From: Intoshia linei
Lineage: Eukaryota; Animalia; Orthonectida
Direction: 5' to 3'
DNA length: 52,265 nucleotides
Assembly: GCA_001642005.1 (NCBI GenBank)
Contig: LWCA01000117.1
Location: forward strand, 1 to 52,265
Part shown: one piece after another, positions 1 through 9,914 of the stretch
Numbering within the stretch: position 1 is the stretch's first letter
How the letters are laid out: every line of letters starts with the position of its first letter
Notes under the pieces: generated by a model
The model's input: the letters and a program-made list of their open reading frames with translations, nothing else
Database searches by the model: none
Told to the model about the DNA's origin: nothing
Translations under genes and position numbers: made by a program

Positions 1-240
1 GTGAAAATCTATATAATTCATTCCTTCGCAATTTTTTTCATTACTACGCAATTTTTAATTTTAATTTTCAAAATATTTCTATGAAATTTAAATTAAAACT
101 AACACAACTTTGTTATTATCATTTTTATATTTATTACACTTTTTTGCAATATTGGTAAATTCAACTGAAATATGTTTTTATAAAGTGCTGATTCCGTTTA
201 TTATTGATACATAATTGGTATTTTTAAGTATTTATTAACA
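1..240 (+). mobile_element. Internal fragment of the Helitron-like family, cut by the window edge
   Basis: gtgaaaatctatataattcattccttcg...ctgattccgtt..ttattgatacataattgg is nearly identical to 3376-3640, 16576-16845 and 35046-35250. Confidence 0.8.
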
Positions 241-509
241 TGTTATTAACAGTTAAGTAAATGAATCATGTTTTTTTATTGCATCCAAAAGTTACTTACA
301 AGTTACACCTTAAAACTAAAATCATCCACAATGAATTACTAAAATAATCGAATAGGCTGTATAAGAATAATTTTTTTTTAAATTGTTGGATCATTAATTA
401 TTTTAATTTTTTTTATTCATGTTTTATTGTACTTAAAAATTAATAATAATAAATATTAATTAGTGCATTTTAATGTAGTTACCAAATAAAAAAAAATGAA
501 AAAAAATAA

Positions 510-700
510 TACAAAAGTGCTTTTTTGATCGTGAAAATATGACTTTGGGAGATTAAAATATTTTGTGCATGTTAGCTGGAGATAACTGTATAAACAGTAG
601 TGTTTTTATAAATTGTAGGAATATTTCGTTTTTAAAAAAAGGTAATCTGTGGTTTTGATTGTGAAACTGTATCAGTATATGTTTTTATTTTATTTTTATT
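510..700 (-). mobile_element. Degenerate reverse-oriented fragment of the Helitron-like family, in a septin intron
   Basis: aaaagtgcttttttgatcgtgaa and aaaggtaatctgtggttttga are reverse complements of the family motifs ttcacggtcaaaaaagcattt and caaaacccaaattaccctt. Confidence 0.6.
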
Positions 701-705
701 ATTAC

Positions 706-1310
706 CTATTTGAATTTTTAATATTGTCTCCATAAAATTGTACACCAATAACAGTTAATCCAATTCGTACGTTGTCTTGATTGAATTTAATTGTATTTTC
801 AATAATATTTAAGTCACTATTGCATCTATCTAAAATTGAATAAAAATGATTAATTTTTTTATGTATGATGTATGATTTTATAGAACCATTTTAAAGTTAC
901 TGAACAATATTTTAGATAACTATAGGTATAACGTATTTACCGGCAAGAGATAATTTATTTTTTTGAGGGTAAACATCTTTAGAATATATCGCATTAATAA
1001 GCGTTTTCTTTCCTAGACCCGGTTCACCTAAAAAAATAATATATAATTACAGCAAAACTAGTAATAAATTAAGAATGTATGATAAGGCTTATCATAAGGA
1101 GATGAGATTTAGATTATCAATTAATTAATTTAATATCAATAAATATTACCAATAAGTAATATAGAATATTTGAAACCACGTTTGGAAGTTTTGCGTTTTA
1201 TTAGCGATGTCAAATCATTAAAACCTTCACAATACACTGTTTTTTCAGTCTATTTTTAACTATGATAAGAATTAAAATAATCCTACCCCACTTTCACCTT
1301 TTTTATACAT
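706..1310 (-). CDS. Divergent septin, 5' part; gene probably continues toward or beyond the left edge
   Basis: Four phase-consistent GT-AG exons (1287-1310, 1150-1249, 941-1027, 706-829) translate to MYKKGESGTEKTVYCEGFNDLTSLIKRKTSKRGFKYSILLIGEPGLGKKTLINAIYSKDVYPQKNKLSLADRCNSDLNIIENTIKFNQDNVRIGLTVIGVQFYGDNIKNSN. This aligns co-linearly with SEPT7/SEPT2-type [45 protein letters not shown]...[21 protein letters not shown]. Not in the ORF track. Confidence 0.85.
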
Positions 1311-1499
1311 GGAAATAGTTGGATAATGTATAATTAAATGTTTAACAATGTTTGCTTAAAATAAATAGATCTTTATAGTAATAGTATAATGATCAGATAT
1401 AGAAATGTAACATAATCGAAGTATTTTGTTGACATTGAATTATAATTATGATTGAATAGATTTGAAAAGTAATAAATAATATTTTAAAAAAGATTTTTA

Positions 1500-2093
1500 T
1501 GAGAATTGGATGTGTGCACATGGAATTACACAAAAATTGTCAGGATTACACCCGTTATCATGTGATTGGAATTTATCCTTTGATATATTTGATAGAAATA
1601 AGTATATTACAATTCATTAAAACAGCGAAATTTGGTGATTCTTACGAATATCTTATTATAGAGGCTAAAGTTAATAAAGTTAAATATGTTTATTATAAAT
1701 ATATTTTGTTAAACGGGTAAATAATAAAAAATACATTTACGGTTGAATATTGTATATTGATGTGGAATTTCGAACTAGATTTGCATATTTTGATTCTATT
1801 AAACCTAAATTGCTGCCTTTAATAATTCTATGGATGTAGAAATTGCAAATAAGTCACATAATCTGCAGTTAGAGTGGTGTGAATTGCAATCAGATTCTTT
1901 AATGTTGTTCTTATAACAATTTAATAATTCAAGAAAAATATTTGTTTCTGAACAAACAAAAAAAATCTGATTCAACTGACATCACTGACAACTCTGTGAA
2001 ATGGTACATACCTGGTATTCAATTTTTAGCTTGGCACACATAAAATTTGCTGGGACACACAAATGCAACAGGCGCACCATTTGAAAAACACTG
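1500..2093 (+). pseudogene. Decayed hAT (Buster/Charlie-type) transposase with 3' TIR remnant
   Basis: About 1765-1900 translates, with a frameshift, to EFRTRFAYFDSIKPKLL/FNNSMDVEIANKSHNLQLEWCELQSDSLM. This resembles the EF..RF.DF...LQ.ELI.LQ.D C-terminal region of Buster/GTF2IRD2-like transposases. A TIR-like tttgaaaaacactg ends at about 2093. Confidence 0.6.
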
Positions 2094-2238
2094 TTTTACA
2101 AAAATATCATAATTACCACATTGCCTAGTATTAATATAAATTTTTTTGAAAAAATTCAGTCTTTCTGTACTAATTATTCTCAACTTCTTTTTGTACTTTA
2201 CGATAATAATTTCAACTTTTTGCACCTTTTGGGCTTTT

Positions 2239-4001
2239 TCCCTAACTTATATAATATGATACGCTATTTTGGTTTGTGTGTGTCTGTCTGTGTGTCCAAC
2301 TTTATTTAAATAACTACCCGTCTTAGAATTTTATAAATTCCACATTTCAATTACAGTTAATTCCGGGGTGTTCACAAACATAATTTCAATTTCCCAAACT
2401 CACATAAAAATATTCAAGTCAAAAACCCCAATTGTCCATCTTTTTGAAAATCAAACGAGTTGGAGAATTTACAAAAATATATATATATTGATACGGATTT
2501 TAAAATCATAAACATTATCATATATTTAAATTTAAAAAAATTATATCTTCAGGGCTTCAAAACCCAAAATTACCCTTCTTTTTTTAATGAAAAAAGCCCT
2601 AGAATTTCAATCTGAATAAGTGACGCCTTCACGGTGAAAAAAGCACTTTAGCATTTCCTTCATATTTTATTCATATATTTTTTTCCGAAATATTTTATTA
2701 AAACAAAAAACGTGAAATAATTAACGGTCCGAAAATTCATCCAAGTATGGAGGATTTAAACCAAATTGTCACTTTGCCCAATATGTCAAAAAATATGAGT
2801 GAAAAAGTTGTTGTGTAAATTATGTGTGAACGCAAATATCATTTCGTATAAAAAAAATTTCGACCTAACTTTAGCATTGCTAAAGGTAGAATAAAATTTA
2901 GACTCTTGGATGTATATATATCTCATAAAAGTAGAAATCTGTTTTCAAAAATAATAATTTTTCTAAAGAAATAAGAGAAACACCACAGGCTAAATTTTAA
3001 AATACTTTAAATTTTGTAAATTTTTTTTCTCGATATGGTAGATACATACGTATATTGCCACAAGCCAAATTTTTGGTCAAATGGATAACTTTGTTATAGG
3101 TTAAATAGTGGGTTTTAGATCACAATAAATATAACTTTCTTGTAATTATGGTATTTTATTCCTATTTTATCTCGAAACTTCGATCTGACTTGATAGAGTG
3201 ACCCACATCATTCGAATTACAAGAATATCAGCTACAAAACGATATAGGTTAGAAAAATCTGTTTTGAAATTTTTCTAAAAATGTACTGTGAAATTGAAAA
3301 TGTAAATATTGATCCTGCAATTTTAAAAAAAAATTCACAGTGAACGTCTACACATTTCCAATAAAGAAATGTGGGTGAAAATCTATATAATTCATTCCTT
3401 CGGAATTTTTTTGATTGCTACGCAATTTTTAAATTTCAAATTCTCATTTTCAAAACATTTTGAATAAAAATTTAAATAAAATTAAACAACGAAACTAAAA
3501 CAACTTTGTTAATATTATTTTTATATTTATTACAATCCTTTGCATATTTTGTAAAATTCGACTAAAATATGTTTATATATGTGTATAAAGTGAAGATTCG
3601 GTTAATTGTTGATACATAATTGCGATTTTTAAGTATTTATTAAATTGGTACTGAATATATATCATCAGTGATGACTCATCACATTGAAAATGACAAAATA
3701 TGTTTTTATAATTTTATTTTTTCTGAAATTTATGCTATTTATGACAATTTTTAGAATTGGACTGTTTTTATTTTATTTTTAAATGTTAACAAACAAAAAA
3801 TTAAAATTAAAAAATGTCAATGTGATATGACGGTTCCACCTGACACAAATTTGGGAACCACTTCTTTAAAGTTTTAATAATAGTGAATAGTAGTATTTTT
3901 AAATTAGATTTTCAACGTGAATTTATTTTTTAAGTATAATAAAAATGTACCCTCGGCAGAGCTAGGTCATGTTTGTACGTAGTACATAATAGTCAACCTA
4001 G
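2239..4001 (+). mobile_element. Near full-length non-autonomous Helitron-like element
   Basis: 5' TCCCTAACTTATATAAT, then a GT/CTGT microsatellite and the shared body. 3' end gctaggtcatgtttgtacgtagtacataatagtcaacCTAG|t. No TSD seen; many related copies in the window. Confidence 0.8.
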
Positions 4002-4779
4002 TTATACATAATTATTTTATATATTAGCAGTCATATTTTCTGGTTTATATAGTTCATATTATATACGTAATTTAGATTCTACTACCAGATACGCGTTATT
4101 AGTACTGGAAAGTAGGAAAAGTACCGTCTCCAATAGATAATTCAATATCATAAAATGCTTCATAGACATTTTTGTTACGATTTAACATGATTTTACTGCG
4201 TTAAAATATAAACAATTGACATACATTAGTTTTAAATTTTAGTCAGTAACTAATAGATAAAAGTAGATAAGAATTGAAATTATTCCTAATATTAAATAAA
4301 TTTTTATTTATTAAAGTGAAATAACATCAAATTAATACACTAATATATAAAAAAATGTATATGTCCGCTTCGAATTTTCAATATCTTCACATAACTCGAA
4401 GTTGGAAAGTGAAAATTCTGCACTAGACATGTAAATAACTAATATATGTATGTATTATAATATAACATAATTATTGAATATCATAACTATTTTTTGTATT
4501 AAATTTAAAATATCAAGAGCCTTATATATGTCGTTAGGAGTTACATCACAATATGCTGAGTTTGTGAAAACATTTTTAGTGCCTATTTTCCATTTTCGGG
4601 TGACCTAGAGCTATAAATATAATAATGTATTTGTATTAAATAATTTGGTCAACACAAAAATTTAAATTTTCATCAGACACCAAATGTTGTAATATTTAAG
4701 ATGCACCCAAATTTTTATTTATCCCACGGGTGCGTCCTATATAAAAAAGGTTTAAAAATGTAAAAAGCACAGTTCTAAA

Positions 4780-5200
4780 CTAGTCGAAAGTAATTTTTTA
4801 GCAAAAGTTAATCTATTTTTGATTGTGAAAATTTACTTTTGCGGTTTATATTTTTAAGCTTATGATTTTAAAAAATATCACACAATTTGTTTTTTAAAAT
4901 TATGGAAATTATTTAATTTTTAAAAAAAATAATATAATTTGTGGTTTTGACCATGAAGATGTACGTTTATTTTAAAATATTAAAATGATTTTAAAACGCA
5001 TCCCATAAGTTATTTTTTTTAAGTTGTAGGGATGATTTTATTTTTCAAAAAAGGGAAATTATTTTTGACCCTTAAAGACTAAATTTCTGAAAATGAAATT
5101 TTAAAACATCACTACAATAAACTATTATAGACATTGGGTTTTTTAAAAACTGGACTTTTTCATTTTATAATTAAACTGTAACAGTTTTTTAGATATTCAA
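4780..5200 (-). mobile_element. Degenerate reverse-oriented Helitron-family fragment
   Basis: aatttgtggttttgaccatgaag and aaagggaaattatttttgaccc are reverse complements of the family subrepeat motifs. Confidence 0.55.
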
Positions 5201-5225
5201 GTTTATACAAATAAAGGATTATAAT

Positions 5226-5797
5226 TAGAGATGCTACGATTTCAAGGAATTGAAATCGGGAATCGCTGGAATCGTTCTTTTTTTAGAAATAAGCAAATTT
5301 TTACCATTTTTACGATTCCGAATCTTTACTTTATTTTTTAAAAAAAATAAAAATTAATTGCAAAAAACAAGTTTTTTTTAATTAAAATGAATTAAATATA
5401 AATTATCGCTTAGTATAATAAAAGAATTAAAATTTCCCATTATTCACTTGAAAAACAATAGTTATGGCCTCCTACTTCAATTAAAAGTTTAATAATTTTT
5501 AGGGTTGGAGGTTTTATCTGTTTTCCAAAACTAAATAAATGTTTAGTACAAGTAAAAGCTAATATTTTAACATTTAAATTTATAATTATCTCGTTTTGAT
5601 ATTAATTTAATATTATTTAATTAATTTTAAGCATTTTCTCCAGTTGCTTAGAAGTTTGTTTCGTAGTTTTAAAAATTTGTTTATTAGTTATTTTTCTAAT
5701 TTAAACAAATAAAATACAAAAAATAGTATGATTCAAAAGTATTTGAAAACGCATCGGAATCTGCATCGTTGAAAGTTTAGGAATCGTCGCAACCCTA
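5226..5797. mobile_element. hAT-type MITE
   Basis: Imperfect TIRs TAGAGATGCTACGATTTC / TAGGGTTGCGACGATTC (rc). Perfect 8-bp TSD ATTATAAT at 5218-5225 and 5798-5805. Subterminal GGAATCG repeats. Confidence 0.8.
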
Positions 5798-6231
5798 ATT
5801 ATAATTTGTATCCATAAATTATACATAATTTGATATTAAATAATCATATTTACAAAAATTTTCAAAAGCGTCGTGACCCGAGTGTGATACGTTCAGAATA
5901 TGCATAAGAAACAGTACTAGTTAATTTATATTAATTAATATCATTTCTGAAAAAAAATAATTATGCAAATTTGACAATTCAAAATTTACTCAAGACAGAG
6001 TTCGAAAATAAGATTCGTATTAGAAATCCTTAAACGAATCAAGAGTAAATTCATTTCAAAATTCAGATTGGAGGGAATATTAAAAACTGATCAATGAGAA
6101 TTCTTATAACACTAAGTTAAACAAAGAAATCAACAAGAATCAAATTGACGTGAACTAAAAAATGAAATTTTTCGATATAAAACAAGAAACAAACGAAAAT
6201 TAACGAAATTTTAAAACAAATTTGTCACAAA

Positions 6232-6237
6232 TTTATT
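6232..6237 (-). terminator. Putative polyadenylation signal of the secreted-protein gene
   Basis: AATAAA 14 nt after the stop codon, followed by a U/GU-rich tract on the minus strand. Confidence 0.5.
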
Positions 6238-6251
6238 AATAATCAAACATT

Positions 6252-7589
6252 TTAAACATTATTATGAAACACTTCAGTAATGAAATGTTCGTTACTCTTT
6301 CCAATTTTTTCTAAGCAATGTTTTGAATGTCGGCATCCAGACAAAGGCCTCAAACCAGGAATATGTGTCAATTCAACCAACTCATCATTGGAAATATCAG
6401 AAAGAATATACTTCAATTTATGGACAAGCGAGGTACTCGTACTACACGATATTATTGAAGTAGTAATAGTAACAGCCATTCTTTCAGGACGAGTTATACT
6501 CATCAATCCTTCTAAAACAGATTGCCATTCACTAGATGAGGTTGAACCTAAAGTATCAATCGAATGAAACAATTCAGAACAAGTTTTATCTTCTGAACAA
6601 CTACTCAAAGAGTCAATATAACCACTCAATTCACTAAATTCGTCATGCAAGTGAGAGTGTCCAATTTTATCGATCAATGCGGAAGTCAATTTTTTTTTAA
6701 CATCAGAAATGGCACAATGCATAGTAGCAGATTCACTGTCAGTTAAACCATACTTTGAATTTAATTTAGTAACTTGCAGTCTTGTATCTTCAGTCGAGGT
6801 GTCATGAGTGGATCGATAACAAATAAGTGCAATATTGCCAGATTCAGACAAACCTTTATATCCACTGCAACACTTTGAACTTTCACACGAAATACTTTGA
6901 ATTTTAGAGGCAATCTTTCCATGGCTCATTGTTTTTTTTACTTTACTAGATTTAGTGCACAAATCTGATGAACCTCCCGTCCTTCGATCAATTTTACATA
7001 GAGTATGGTAAACTTTTGACAAAGTCTTCATTGATTCATGGTCTTTCAATCTATCAAAAACATCAATACTATGGATCGTATCAATCACAGATTTTTCAAA
7101 TTTATGGCAACTTGTACATCCAGTTAAACCAGCAGACAAACTGGTTAATCGAGGGTCAGTTTTTGTAGAATCAGGAATATATCGCAAAACTTCATCAATA
7201 TCCTTCTTGCAACGAACATATTCATTTGTTGATATTTTACCATCAGAGTGTCTTCGTCTCAAAGAATGTTCCAAATTTTTTACACATTCATTCAATTCAA
7301 TCATTCTAAAAATTGTTGGAACACACGATAATCGCTTCTTTGTTACTGATCTTTCCAATGTGTGTTCACAATTACATTTATGGCTACCACTTCTATCATG
7401 AGGCGAAGTTCTTTCAATTGGCGAAGTTTTTCCCGGCGAGGTTTCTCGTTCATCTGTTTCTAACAAATGTAAATCATACGTTGAACTTTGAGTATCTTGT
7501 AAATAACTGGATATTGGTTCACTATGCATTGTATCAGATTCGCAATTGCATAGGGCAAAAATTACTATCAGGATCGTAAATTTAAACAT
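6252..7589 (-). CDS. Intronless secreted Cys/Ser/His-rich protein of unknown function (445 aa)
   Basis: 1338-nt open frame in a stop-rich genome. Signal-peptide-like N-terminus MFKFTILIVIFALCNC. About 21 Cys by manual count and a (TSP)x3 repeat. TATA upstream and AATAAA downstream. Confidence 0.85.
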   Translation of the reverse strand: MFKFTILIVIFALCNCESDTMHSEPISSYLQDTQSSTYDLHLLETDERETSPGKTSPIERTSPHDRSGSHKCNCEHTLERSVTKKRLSCVPTIFRMIELNECVKNLEHSLRRRHSDGKISTNEYVRCKKDIDEVLRYIPDSTKTDPRLTSLSAGLTGCTSCHKFEKSVIDTIHSIDVFDRLKDHESMKTLSKVYHTLCKIDRRTGGSSDLCTKSSKVKKTMSHGKIASKIQSISCESSKCCSGYKGLSESGNIALICYRSTHDTSTEDTRLQVTKLNSKYGLTDSESATMHCAISDVKKKLTSALIDKIGHSHLHDEFSELSGYIDSLSSCSEDKTCSELFHSIDTLGSTSSSEWQSVLEGLMSITRPERMAVTITTSIISCSTSTSLVHKLKYILSDISNDELVELTHIPGLRPLSGCRHSKHCLEKIGKSNEHFITEVFHNNV

Positions 7590-7618
7590 TTTTTTAAAGT
7601 TTTCAGTTTGGTGTAAAT

Positions 7619-7655
7619 AACTAATGAAATTTTTTTAAAACATTTTCTTTATATA
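7619..7655 (-). promoter_or_regulatory. Putative TATA box plus initiator of the secreted-protein gene
   Basis: Minus-strand TATATAAA (7648-7655), followed about 25-30 nt later by Inr-like TTAGTT (7619-7624), about 30 nt before the ATG. The AT-rich background weakens this call. Confidence 0.5.
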
Positions 7656-8798
7656 GTAAGTTTTGTCATGGTTCAGTGATGATTGAATTTTCAAAATGTT
7701 TTAAAATAATTTTTGAAAATTTTATATTGTAGGTAGGAATGTTTTGTGGGTAATTTAATTTTTTTCGAAATAAAATTTTACTTAGAAAGGGCTCAAAATA
7801 CAGATATAAATGTAGCGATATTATAGCTTCTAATTGATATCAATTAATTAATTTTCGCATGGTTAGTCATGTAATTTTTTATCAATTTATTGACTTTTGC
7901 ATCGTCCCCAATTTTTGCAACATTTTTACATTTTTATAAATTGATTAATTTAATTAAATTATTAGATTAATTATTTTTCCATGTTATGGTTTTAGTTTTT
8001 TTGAATTCACATTGAGTTTTAGTCATTTTTGGAATTTTATTGTTTTGTTATACTAGTTTATAAAAATAAAAATCCAATGGCGTAAGGTAGCAAAATAATA
8101 AAACAATACTGGCTAAACACATGAAAAGTTTAACAAACCAAAAATATAATACATATATTTAAATATTTGCTATTTTTAGAGTTTGAATTATTAATTGGCC
8201 AGATTAATTAATTCGACATTTTGGTTCATTTTTTACATTTTTTTACTAATTACTAGACATTTATAATTTCATTGAATTTAAAAGATTTTATTTCAATTTC
8301 ACATAAAATTTCAGTCGAAATTTAATCTTATTATTGAATTTACTATTATTATTGTCAAAAATTATTTAGTCATCATTATAAGAGTTTATACTTTCAAAAA
8401 ATATCTAATCTTAACAAAAATACCTACAAAATGCTCCCATGTACATTGTACAATTTACATAAAGCTTTTATTAAAATATTTCGTAGCATGTTTTATTTTG
8501 ATTCAAGATTGTGGGAACCCGTTGCTATTCAACTTATTTATTAATTTTATTTTTATATATTAAAATGGGTAGGTAGAATTAAAAATTCATATTTTAATTC
8601 ATATAATCAGATTGTATATGAAAAAAATTGCTGTAATTTCATCCTACTTATTAAATAATTCATTTTTTGAGCTATTTCATAAATATTACATTATTATTAA
8701 CTATTAGTAAACATATAAGTAAACTATTAGTAACGAAAAACATTAATTTTCCATAATTTTTATTTAATTAATTTTAGTTAGTTAATTTAGATAATATG

Positions 8799-9180
8799 TT
8801 AGAATTTTCGTATTTTTTTCTTGGGCGATCTAACAATTTTGTAAATGTTTTGAATTATATTTGAATCCATGTCCATGGAAGTGTTGGACTGTGTTTCATT
8901 GCTGGAATCTTTATCGCTAATTGTTGAATTTATTCCGAATAAAAATGAATTATTTTCGATAAATCCCAAATTTAATGGATTATCACTATAATCACTGTCA
9001 TCGCTATAATCAAAGCTGGATTCATCCAAACATACTGTACTGAGGGAGAAATCGTGAAAACTTACATCTTGATCAGGATTTAAGTTTTCAAGCAATATCT
9101 GTATTTTAATAGGTAGATTTTTTATCTTGTTTTTCTAAATTTAAATTTAAATCAAAAAAATGTATATATTAATTATAAAT
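8799..9180 (-). pseudogene. 5'-truncated inverted duplicate (exon 2 plus part of the intron) of the small acidic STP-motif gene
   Basis: Exon 2 (8799-9134) is highly similar to 19627-19962 and still open. Similarity continues through the intron to about 9180 and then stops. No exon-1 homologue is visible upstream. Confidence 0.65.
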
Positions 9181-9914
9181 CATGCGCTTTTTTGCAATGT
9201 TTGAGATTATTGTTACTAATATTCGAGAGTAGTATATTTAAAAAATTGTAATGTATTTATATATTGATGAGAATATTCTGATGTATTTGTTTATAATCAT
9301 TTTAATTGACTTTTTAAAGGTAGCCTCAAAATATCGAGTTTCGTTTTTTTATAATTATAATTTATAAATAATTATTTTAATATTTAATCCGCATTATTAA
9401 CTAATAATTATAATTATTAGTTAAGTTTAACTTTATTTAATTATTTTATTTAACTTTAGTTTTTTGAAATCTGCGACTTCTATAATTGTGATATTAACCA
9501 TCAATGAAATAAGTTGAAAATTTTAAATTGTTCATAAAAAGGTCTGATATTTAAAATCTGATAGCTTCATTGAATTTTATAGAGAAAATTGAATAGAATG
9601 AATATCAAATATTTGAAATCGTTTAAAAATTCATAATTTTACAGACAAATCATTAAATACGCACTTATATATTAGTTACTGTAAAACCAATAAATCACAA
9701 CATAAGAATGGCTGTATTTTCTATTGTATACGATAGATTTGTCTAAAAATTTTTCAGTAACTTTGTACTATGTATGAGAGAAAGTACTGAAATTTTTTTA
9801 AAATCCTCGAAAAAAAGTTTCATTTTGTTGCACAGTGTTATAATGGTTAATATCTTAATAAATAATAATCAAATACATAATAATTGAAAAAATGAAATTT
9901 TAATAAATACAACA

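Noticed and set aside
300-356. Possible fifth septin exon (SLFDYFSNSLWMILVLRCN) with good splice signals
   Set aside because: The phase fits, but similarity to the expected septin segment (W.PI.DYID..F..YL) is too weak to include.
7100-7125. CxxCH (CTSCH) heme-c motif in the secreted protein
   Set aside because: It is a single occurrence in a Cys/His-rich protein. In animals, covalent heme-c attachment occurs in the mitochondrial intermembrane space, not the secretory pathway.
6280-7579. Plus-strand ORFs overlapping the 445-aa gene, and similar shadows at 10685, 11830, 17919, 28812, 47963 and 48584
   Set aside because: These are antisense shadows of real coding exons with no recognisable motifs.
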